Origin: a virus
Lineage: Duplodnaviria; Caudoviricetes
Length of the DNA stretch: 29,186 nt
Direction: 5' to 3' (one strand)
IMG/VR virus record: IMGVR_UViG_3300037465_000028
Location: 1 to 29,186 of that record
Below the pieces are notes generated by a model. That model saw only the letters and a program-made list of their open reading frames with translations. It searched no databases and was not told the DNA's origin. Shown piece after piece: positions 1-7,303 of this stretch (position 1 is the stretch's first letter; each line of letters opens with the position of its first letter). A program made the translations under genes and the position numbers.

Positions 1-59
1 CCTCGCTTCAAGTCGGCGCCATTCGCCAACGATAAACTTCTTAATGCTCTTACTCTCAT
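1..59 (-). CDS. 5' part of a small protein downstream of the capsid gene (truncated by window edge)
   Basis: ATG at 59 reads MRVRALRSLSLANGADLKR..., open to the window edge; typical position of a small head-associated gene. Confidence 0.55.
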   Translation of the reverse strand, partial: MRVRALRSLSLANGADLKR

Positions 60-131
60 AGTTTTGTCTTAAATTGTTTTTATCTCAACTTCCTTCCCTC
101 CTATCGGCCTACACCCTTCACCCCTCGGGAT

Positions 132-166
132 GGGGATGGCGGTTATTATCGCTAACCACCATCCCC
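132..166 (-). other. 14-bp RNA stem-loop downstream of the capsid gene
   Basis: - strand GGGGAUGGUGGUUA-GCGAUAA-UAACCGCCAUCCCC; the single + strand mismatch is a G.U pair on the - strand; no U-tract follows. Confidence 0.7.
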
Positions 167-186
167 GCACCCACCCGGCGTCAGGT

Positions 187-1323
187 TTAGGAGGCGGCTG
201 TTTTCACAAGCGCAAAGCTACCCGGCAACCCAACCGCTAAAGCGTGTTCGTTCAACGCCCTAAAAGCGGTCTGGTAAGCGGCAAATACGTTCTTGCCGCC
301 CACAGTCGCACTATCACTTCTCGCAATTTCAAGCGTTCCCTTATCGCCGTAGAACAATCCCCTCAAATTCCCAAACACCCCGAAAATCTTACTCGCTTGG
401 CTCCCATCGCTCGTCGCAGGAAGGACGGGCGATGTAAACACCGGAAAATTCAAGATGAACCCCTGCGGCTTCAACCCACTCCCCAAATCACTCATCAAAG
501 CGGGTGTCGGGTTCGTAATCAGGTAAGCTCCGGCGGTGTCCTTCAACTTCCTCAATGCCGCAAGCACGGTCTTATGGAAGAAGAATGCCGACCCGTCCAA
601 CTGGCTTTCCTCCAACTTCGCAATCAAGTCGTTCGCCTCATCCAAATCAAACTTCGCATAAGTGGTTTTCGTAGCGGCCATCGTCAATACCGTAATATCG
701 GCATTATTCAGCAAACCCGCAAACGGCGCACCCGTCCCCGTAAATCCCTGCTTGTCAATCTGATACGCCAACCCTTCCGCAATCAATCCCACCAGCCAAT
801 CGGCGAGGTTTACGTTGCTGGACTTCAAAAGCGAGTTGTCAATCCTAAATAGCGTGCTCCACTTTCTCGTCCGCAACACCGCATTCCCGATATTCACAGT
901 CGTTTCCGTTCCTTCTGCATCCTCGTTCAAATATTCTCCCTGCAATACCGACCCGGTGTAGCGAGGCACGGTAACCTCGTTTCCGGCAATCGGAATTTTC
1001 GTGGCAAACCTCGGCACAAGCCCTACGGTCTGCGCCACCCGGAAAATACCCGCATACACTTCCGGCGGGATTAAAATGCCACCAGTTTCCGGGGTTTCGC
1101 TAATCTGCGCCTTTGCTTTTACAAAAGCGTCCACCAAAATCTGTTTCTGCTCTCCAGTTAGGAACTCCCTGCCTTGCTCTCTCTCAACCCTAATCACCGC
1201 AACGGCTCTTTTCACCCTTTCGCTTACCATCGTATCCAACTCTTTCCCTAAATTCTTTTTCAATGCCTCGTCAACGGCAGTCCCCAACTTTTCCTCAATC
1301 AATTTCATTAGTTCTTCATTCAT
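187..1323 (-). CDS. major capsid protein, HK97 fold
   Basis: 378 aa; coiled-coil N-terminus, GGILIPPE, IFGVFGNL and FRALNEHALAV motifs typical of HK97-family capsids; follows the prohead protease. Confidence 0.93.
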   Translation of the reverse strand: MNEELMKLIEEKLGTAVDEALKKNLGKELDTMVSERVKRAVAVIRVEREQGREFLTGEQKQILVDAFVKAKAQISETPETGGILIPPEVYAGIFRVAQTVGLVPRFATKIPIAGNEVTVPRYTGSVLQGEYLNEDAEGTETTVNIGNAVLRTRKWSTLFRIDNSLLKSSNVNLADWLVGLIAEGLAYQIDKQGFTGTGAPFAGLLNNADITVLTMAATKTTYAKFDLDEANDLIAKLEESQLDGSAFFFHKTVLAALRKLKDTAGAYLITNPTPALMSDLGSGLKPQGFILNFPVFTSPVLPATSDGSQASKIFGVFGNLRGLFYGDKGTLEIARSDSATVGGKNVFAAYQTAFRALNEHALAVGLPGSFALVKTAAS

Positions 1324-1338
1324 TGTAGTTATTATTTT

Positions 1339-2610
1339 TTATTTACCGACTTTTAGATACTTCTCCTTATTTTCCCTTAACTTATCATTTAACACAGTGC
1401 TTAATGTTTTTAGAAACTTTTGGTCGTCCTTAAACCATTCACCCATCTCTTTCGCCAAAAGCGCTGGTTCGTTCTTAATGTCAGCTTTTCCTTTTTCGCC
1501 ACCTCCCCCGGCGGGTTCAGTAGCGGTAAGAAGCTCATCAAAAACACCAACAATTTTTCCTAATGCTCCCACCAATTCTCCTAATTGGTCTTTCGCCTCT
1601 TTAATTAAGGTTCGGTTCTTCTCACTCAACACCCTGCCGACCTTTTCACTATCATCAACTTTAGCACTTTTACCCTTCGGCACGCAAACCATCTCCCCAT
1701 CCTCCCCCATCTCATATTCTCCCTCCTCACCCCCGTCAGTCGTGCAAGTAGCCCCAATCTTAGCAAAATCAACGCTTTTATGCTCGTCCACCCACGCCCT
1801 CGCCTTATCCACATCCCACTTTTCTTTATCAAACAAATACCTCTGCACCTCCACTCCTACCCCACATTTCCCGCCGCTAAATTCCCCTTTCTTGCATCCC
1901 ACAGTCGCCTTAATCCCCTTACTCTCGCTAATGCTAATCGTCCTAAAACTTTCTCCGTCAAAATAATCTGGGTCTTGAACCCGGATGATTATGTATTCCC
2001 CTTCCGTTTCCGGTTCCGGCTTATTCGTAGTCTCCGCTTTCTCCTCAACCATAATTCCTTTAGTCACAAATTCCCGCACTCCATCCGCACCCAATAAACT
2101 CACCGCTCTTGGGTTCGCAGGCACAGGCACAAAACTCCACTCCAGTAATTCCGCTTCAGTAATAATCGTGTCGTTCTTTTCGTCCCGCTTCCAAGGAATA
2201 AAACCAACGCTCGCCGTCCTCAAAATTCCCACATCATATAACCGCCTAACCTGCTGGGCAAGCGGGTTCGCTTCCCCGGGCGCAAAAAACCCTTCCGCAA
2301 AATATCCATTTCCTTCTTTCTGTATCTTCTCGGTCACTCCCATCGGCAATCCGTAATAATCGTGCGCCCACAACACCACCGGGTTCATCAAATAATTCTC
2401 AAACTTCCAAGCGTCAGCCCTAATCACCTCCCCCTGCCTGTCCAAATCTTCGGTGGTAATCAAAATCTTAAACCGCCCGTATTTATCCTTATCCTCCTCG
2501 CTCACTCCCTTAATGTTTGCTAAAAACTTCTGCGCCTGTTCGCCTTTCAGCGCCTCTAAAATCTTCTTCATTTCCTCCTCCGTAAACAGTTTTCTCAAAA
2601 CTTCATTCAT
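1339..2610 (-). CDS. HK97-family prohead protease with C-terminal extra and scaffold-like domains
   Basis: 423 aa; DLDRQGEVI, NPVVLWAHD, TASVGF and LLEWSFVPVPANP motifs; about 230 extra C-terminal residues including KVGRVLSEKN. Confidence 0.92.
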   Translation of the reverse strand: MNEVLRKLFTEEEMKKILEALKGEQAQKFLANIKGVSEEDKDKYGRFKILITTEDLDRQGEVIRADAWKFENYLMNPVVLWAHDYYGLPMGVTEKIQKEGNGYFAEGFFAPGEANPLAQQVRRLYDVGILRTASVGFIPWKRDEKNDTIITEAELLEWSFVPVPANPRAVSLLGADGVREFVTKGIMVEEKAETTNKPEPETEGEYIIIRVQDPDYFDGESFRTISISESKGIKATVGCKKGEFSGGKCGVGVEVQRYLFDKEKWDVDKARAWVDEHKSVDFAKIGATCTTDGGEEGEYEMGEDGEMVCVPKGKSAKVDDSEKVGRVLSEKNRTLIKEAKDQLGELVGALGKIVGVFDELLTATEPAGGGGEKGKADIKNEPALLAKEMGEWFKDDQKFLKTLSTVLNDKLRENKEKYLKVGK

Positions 2611-2616
2611 ACTTTT

Positions 2617-2625
2617 ATTATAGCA
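2617..2625 (-). promoter_or_regulatory. extended -10 promoter TGCTATAAT, probably giving a leaderless protease mRNA
   Basis: TGnTATAAT consensus with 6 nt between the -10 and the ATG at 2610. Confidence 0.65.
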
Positions 2626-2639
2626 TATTATATCAACCT

Positions 2640-2981
2640 TTACGACCTTGGAAGTTCCGGCAACACCTCAATAAAGATGTCCGGAAACGTTATAATCTGT
2701 GCACTCGTAAACGTAATCTCAATCTCCGCATAATGCCTTCCCGCCACGTCAAAATCCCCCGCCTGCACCGTATACTTCACCTTCCCCAGTGTCGCCCCCC
2801 CATCCAGCGCCATTGTTCCCGTAAATTTCAAAGCGGTGTCGCCCTGCTTCTGCACTTTCAATTTAATGCTCGTACTATTCGTCAAATCAAAAGCGGTGCC
2901 GTCCGCATTTTGGAGTGTAAACTTCAAATCCCCCAACTTGTCATTCTGCACCACCTTAATTTCCGTAGGTTGCGCCGCCAT
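2640..2981 (-). CDS. BppU-N-like (Ig-like) virion structural protein
   Basis: 113 aa; pattern of FTLQNADGTAFDLT, GKVKYTVQAGDFDVAG and EIEITF...TFP resembles BppU/DUF2479 N-terminal domains. Confidence 0.65.
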   Translation of the reverse strand: MAAQPTEIKVVQNDKLGDLKFTLQNADGTAFDLTNSTSIKLKVQKQGDTALKFTGTMALDGGATLGKVKYTVQAGDFDVAGRHYAEIEITFTSAQIITFPDIFIEVLPELPRS

Positions 2982-2982
2982 A

Positions 2983-5900
2983 CTATTTTTTCAGCTTTAA
3001 TATAATCTCCCTTCCGGTGTCGTCCCTTTTTTCTATTATAGCACTTTTCGGGTTCTTCAATGCAAATCCCACGGCGTTCAGCAAGAGGGTAAAAGCCCCC
3101 CATAGTCCCCTCAAAATCACCTGCCCCGCAGGATACACCGAGGTCACTATTCCGCTCCAAATCACCCTCGGAATATAGGCAAAAAATTCCTCCGCTACGC
3201 TTATAACCTCATTCAACAGCTTGCTAATGCTTCTAACTATATTATCCGCAATTACCACGTTTTCCGCAAATATCTTAGCCACAATCTTACCCGCAAACCC
3301 GTCTATAATCGTCAAAACCTCCCCAAAAACTTTAATGGGTTGTTTTGCCACGCTATCCACAACGCTCATTATCTCCCCAAACATCCTGCCCACTCTTTTT
3401 GCCAAAACATCCGCAATAACCACCGCCTCCTCCAACGTCTTAGTAAACTGGACGGTCAATTTCACCGCAGTCACGCTGTCCACTATTGACACCACCTCGC
3501 CAAATACCTTTCCGGCTTGCCTCAAAACACTATCAATCACAATTACCGCTTCATTCAAAACTTTCTGCGCCCCCCTACTCACGCTATCAATAACCACAAC
3601 CGCCTCCACAAATACTTTAGCGGTAATTTTCCCAATGCTATCCGTCAAAACTACCGCTTCATTCAGCACCCTTCCAAAAACATTATTCACCACATCCACA
3701 ATCACCACCACTTCGTTTAACGCTTTTCCTCCCTGCTTTATAACGCTGTCGGCAATTATGATTGCCTCACTCAATAACTTTCCTCCCTGCTTTACCAAAC
3801 CATCAACTACTATTACGCTTTCTCCAAAAATCTTCCCCACAATTTTAGCCGCCACACTATCTACCATCACCACGACCTCGTTAAAAGTTTTTTGCGCCTG
3901 TTTAAGCGCACTATCCACTATACTTACTACTTCGCTAAATATTCTTGCCCCGCTTTTTGAGACGCTATCCACCAACACAATAGTTTCATTCAACGCCTTC
4001 TGACCCTGTCTTATTAAACTATCTGCAATCACAATCACCTCCATAAAAACCCTGCCAAAAATGGTATTTATGGTATCCACAATTACCACCGCTTCACCTA
4101 AAGCCTTCCCCGTTTGACGAATTAAGGTATCGGCAATCACTACGGCTTCGCTAAATATTTTAATCCCCTGTTTCAATACAGTATCGGCAATTACCACCAC
4201 TTCATTAAAAATCCTAATCACGTCCCTCTTTACGCTATCCGCAATCACTATAACTTCTTCCAACGCTTTTTGAGGTTGCTTTAACAAACTATCAACCAAA
4301 ACCACCACATCGCTTAAAACCCTCCCTCCGTTTTTCACTATGCTATCCGCAATTATTATTGCCTCCTCTTTTATAATCGCCACTATCTTTACGCTCACGC
4401 TATCCACTAAAACCACCGTCTCATTAAGGGTCTTTTGCGCCTGCTTCAATGCGGTATCTACCACCACAATTACTTCATTAAAGGTTCTTATGGCATCCCG
4501 TTTCACGCTATCCACAATCGTTATAATCTCATTCAAAACCTTTTGGGGCTGCCCAACCAAAACATCTACTATTACAACGGTCTCGCTCAATACTTTTCCA
4601 AAAAGGTTTACAATCGTATCAACAATTATAATCGCTTCTGTCAATATCTTCTGTGGCTGTTTCAAAATCGTATCCATTAAAATCACCGCCTCGCTCAATG
4701 CCCTATTCACGCTCTTGACAACGCTATCCGCAATCACTATAACTTCTTCCTTAATAATTGCGGTAATCTTCGCCGCTATACTATCCACAACCAAAATCGC
4801 TTCGCTCAAATTTTTCTGCCCCTGTTTAATCACGCTATCAACCAATAAAATTGTCTCCGCCAATATCCTCTGCGGCGACTTTGCCACGCTATCCACAATC
4901 AAAGCCGCCTCCGACAGTGCTTTCCCCGTTTGCATAACTCTCAAATCAACCAAAACTATCGCCTCCAAATTCTCTCTCGTAAAATTACTCCCAGCAGGCG
5001 GCGTAAAATCCACAAAAATTCCGCACTCATACATAGTCACATCCTGCCCTCCGGTGCTCGTTTTATCTTCTCCAACCTGCAAACTATCAATGGAAGTTTT
5101 AGTCCACGCCCCGCCGCTTACCGGCCTCGTATTATATGCCTTGCTGTCCAAAAATTTACCCGTAGGTTGAGAAGCCATCCAAGTAAACTGCGAGCTTTCT
5201 TTTCCCACTCCGTTTACGGTGCTTGCGCTTCCTGCGGTTGCCCTTTCAAACAAACTCCAAAAGGTCACCGCATTTATCACATCACTTGCGCCAATCGGCG
5301 TGCTATCTTCCACATTAAACATCTCTTTCGCTGCGCTGGTGCCAGCGTGTCTGATATAATTCGTTTCATTCGGCGGTTCCTCATCAACCCTATTCCACCT
5401 ATTCGTCCCGCTCCCGCCCAGCGTATCCCAAGCATTAGCATCCCCCAACGCATTCGGTTTCAATAAAATCCCATTACTGCTCCCGTGATAAGCGTCATCC
5501 CTCACCACAAAATCATCAAAATAAAAAGTTATAGGTTGGCTATCCGCATTTGTAATCCCTCCCAAATTATAGTGGGTGATATTATTGCTCCCCGTATTCA
5601 ATCCCGTCCCCGTCTGCACATTCCCCCCATCCACCTTCATCTCCAACTCTCCAACAGTTGCGCTTATCACCAATTTCATCTCCACCCTATACCATACCCC
5701 CGGCGACACACTCACATTATTCCCAATCTGCACCGGAGTAGCAGGCACCACATTCCACAACTCCAAATGCCCGGTCGTTGCGCTATCCTGCTTAAACCTA
5801 ATCTCCGCAATATTCCCCAGCCCAGCATCCTCGGTCACTAAAATCTTATACTCATTCGGAAATCCGCTTCCGCCGTTATCCGCCCACCTAAACATAAACT

Positions 5901-6117
5901 TCACATATCCGGTAGATACGTTCGCAAAATTCCCCCTATGCACATTGGCGTAATCAAACGCCCCAAAATGAGCGTTAGCGTTCGCCGCCATATCCGCCCT
6001 AAAACTCCTATCTCCGCTATTCTTTACGGTCGTTTCCGAATTAAAAGTCCCCACAAACGCATTATCAAGCTCCCTCTTATCCCCCGTTTCAAATCCGCAA
6101 GCGAAATGAACAGCCAT
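2983..6117 (-). CDS. large fibre-like structural protein: N-terminal lectin/LamG-like domain(s) plus about 33 tandem 18-aa repeats
   Basis: 1044 aa; WYRVEMK...LEMKVDG...FYFDDFVV beta-sandwich-like N-terminus; repeat E-x-hhhh-D from about residue 385 to 975. Confidence 0.75.
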   Translation of the reverse strand: MAVHFACGFETGDKRELDNAFVGTFNSETTVKNSGDRSFRADMAANANAHFGAFDYANVHRGNFANVSTGYVKFMFRWADNGGSGFPNEYKILVTEDAGLGNIAEIRFKQDSATTGHLELWNVVPATPVQIGNNVSVSPGVWYRVEMKLVISATVGELEMKVDGGNVQTGTGLNTGSNNITHYNLGGITNADSQPITFYFDDFVVRDDAYHGSSNGILLKPNALGDANAWDTLGGSGTNRWNRVDEEPPNETNYIRHAGTSAAKEMFNVEDSTPIGASDVINAVTFWSLFERATAGSASTVNGVGKESSQFTWMASQPTGKFLDSKAYNTRPVSGGAWTKTSIDSLQVGEDKTSTGGQDVTMYECGIFVDFTPPAGSNFTRENLEAIVLVDLRVMQTGKALSEAALIVDSVAKSPQRILAETILLVDSVIKQGQKNLSEAILVVDSIAAKITAIIKEEVIVIADSVVKSVNRALSEAVILMDTILKQPQKILTEAIIIVDTIVNLFGKVLSETVVIVDVLVGQPQKVLNEIITIVDSVKRDAIRTFNEVIVVVDTALKQAQKTLNETVVLVDSVSVKIVAIIKEEAIIIADSIVKNGGRVLSDVVVLVDSLLKQPQKALEEVIVIADSVKRDVIRIFNEVVVIADTVLKQGIKIFSEAVVIADTLIRQTGKALGEAVVIVDTINTIFGRVFMEVIVIADSLIRQGQKALNETIVLVDSVSKSGARIFSEVVSIVDSALKQAQKTFNEVVVMVDSVAAKIVGKIFGESVIVVDGLVKQGGKLLSEAIIIADSVIKQGGKALNEVVVIVDVVNNVFGRVLNEAVVLTDSIGKITAKVFVEAVVVIDSVSRGAQKVLNEAVIVIDSVLRQAGKVFGEVVSIVDSVTAVKLTVQFTKTLEEAVVIADVLAKRVGRMFGEIMSVVDSVAKQPIKVFGEVLTIIDGFAGKIVAKIFAENVVIADNIVRSISKLLNEVISVAEEFFAYIPRVIWSGIVTSVYPAGQVILRGLWGAFTLLLNAVGFALKNPKSAIIEKRDDTGREIILKLKK
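3035..3043 (-). promoter_or_regulatory. extended -10 promoter TGCTATAAT inside the 3' end of the repeat gene, upstream of the BppU-like gene
   Basis: + strand attatagca, identical to the intergenic copies at 2617, 9484 and 14775. Confidence 0.45.
3187..4965 (-). repeat. degenerate coding tandem repeat, about 33 units of 54 nt (18 aa), four 19-aa units and one 23-aa unit
   Basis: Counted in the translation from EAIVLVD to EVISVAE; recurring + strand motif cgctatcc. Confidence 0.9.
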
Positions 6118-6123
6118 AATATT

Positions 6124-6300
6124 TTAATATTTACCTTTATCCACTATCTCATATCCCTTCGCCTCATAACTTTTAATCAAAGTATTCAAACCCTGCTGGC
6201 TGTCAATTTTCCCGGTCTCCAAAACAAATCCATTTTCATCCAAAACGGTATATCGCCACTCGCTCCCGCTAGCTTTTTTATAAATAAATTTTTTCCCCAT
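6124..6300 (-). CDS. hypothetical protein, 58 aa (absent from ORF track)
   Basis: Hand translation MGKKFIYKKASGSEWRYTVLDENGFVLETGKIDSQQGLNTLIKSYEAKGYEIVDKGKY*; fills the gap on the coding strand. Confidence 0.7.
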   Translation of the reverse strand: MGKKFIYKKASGSEWRYTVLDENGFVLETGKIDSQQGLNTLIKSYEAKGYEIVDKGKY

Positions 6301-6311
6301 ATCCTTAAAGC

Positions 6312-6341
6312 GAAAATAGGGGCGACAAAACCCCTATTTTC
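6312..6341 (-). terminator. 11-bp perfect hairpin, possible terminator or attenuator
   Basis: GAAAATAGGGG-8 nt-CCCCTATTTTC between the 195-aa and 58-aa genes. Confidence 0.55.
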
Positions 6342-6375
6342 AAACTATTTCATTGGGTTTCTCTAATTCAACTCA

Positions 6376-6963
6376 TTAGTCAACATCAAATTTCCAAGTC
6401 ACCTGCAAACTGTCTCCACTCACCACGTTAATTGCGCTAAATACCTGTCTCGCCAACAGCACCCCAGCCGACACCGCATTAAACGCTCCACTCTCGGTCA
6501 CCGCAAAGCTGGCTGTAAAATTAAAGGTCAAAACCAACTGCGCCGTGTCATTGGTAACGTCCGTAGTCACCCGGCTCGCCGTAGCCGCCGCCCTTGCACC
6601 TCCGCCAGTCGTAATCTCATTCCCCAAAGCGGTATCACCAGCAGCAGCCGCAGTCGTTCCCGTCCCGATAGCGATAAAGGTAAACGCCGCTTCTCCCCCC
6701 GCTCCGTTAATCCGGCTCGCCACCCCAGCCTTCCCAGCATCCACTACCAAATTGCTCAACCTAAAATTATTCGCCCAAAATCCAAACAGCAACGGAACCT
6801 TCGGCGCAAGCGGACTCATCCATCCCTTTCTAATCAGCCACAGCATTAAAGCGTTCGGCTGCCAAATCGGTTTCACATTCCCTTTTTTATCTCTCAAAAC
6901 AAAATCTATATTCTGCTTCAATTGGAACCTTCCCTTAACAAGTTTTTTAATTAGTGTGTTCAT
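6376..6963 (-). CDS. virion structural protein (fibre-associated family), paralogue of 26703..27263
   Basis: 195 aa; NLVVDAG, IAIGTGTTAAAAGDTAL, TESGAFN and INVVSGDSLQVTW motifs common in phage fibre/baseplate-associated proteins. Confidence 0.7.
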   Translation of the reverse strand: MNTLIKKLVKGRFQLKQNIDFVLRDKKGNVKPIWQPNALMLWLIRKGWMSPLAPKVPLLFGFWANNFRLSNLVVDAGKAGVASRINGAGGEAAFTFIAIGTGTTAAAAGDTALGNEITTGGGARAAATASRVTTDVTNDTAQLVLTFNFTASFAVTESGAFNAVSAGVLLARQVFSAINVVSGDSLQVTWKFDVD

Positions 6964-7250
6964 TCTATTTCAGCGCCGACAAGCTCGTTAATCGTCTCAT
7001 CGGCTTTTTTATTTACTTCTTCGGCCTTTTTTGTTTCTGCCCCAATCTTCAAGTCCAAATCATAAGCTTCGCAAATATTCTTAATATCTCTTTTAATATC
7101 CTCGCTGGTAGCGTCCAGTGGATATCCCAACTTCCTCACGCTTAACACCTCATCGTTCTCGTTCACAATCTCCACCTCCACATCTAAAAATCCCACATTC
7201 GTTTCCCGCAATACATCCTTATTTACGCTTTTTATTTTTCCCTTCACCAT
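6960..7250 (-). CDS. hypothetical protein, 96 aa
   Basis: 4-nt overlap with the next gene; own promoter upstream. Confidence 0.75.
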   Translation of the reverse strand: MVKGKIKSVNKDVLRETNVGFLDVEVEIVNENDEVLSVRKLGYPLDATSEDIKRDIKNICEAYDLDLKIGAETKKAEEVNKKADETINELVGAEIE

Positions 7251-7288
7251 ATTTTGTAACTTAGTTTAGCCGACTTTCCGACCTTTTA

Positions 7289-7297
7289 AGTATAGCA
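7289..7297 (-). promoter_or_regulatory. extended -10 promoter TGCTATACT
   Basis: Intergenic, just after the portal stop and followed by AAAAGGTCGGAAAGTCGG. Confidence 0.55.
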
Positions 7298-7303
7298 CAA
7301 TCG

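Noticed and set aside
1805-1813. DnaA box inside the protease gene (also 11370-11378 in terS)
   Set aside because: Explained by Val-Asp-Lys codons GTG GAT AAG
3187-4965. 54-nt periodicity as a CRISPR array or DGR repeat
   Set aside because: It is degenerate at nucleotide level, conserved as an in-frame protein repeat, and has no constant repeat/spacer layout; no cas or reverse transcriptase gene is visible
2983-6117. 1044-aa repeat protein as the tape measure
   Set aside because: It sits in the head operon, has a lectin-like N-terminus and Val/Ile-rich repeats; a better tape-measure C-terminus lies at the right window edge before the tail genes
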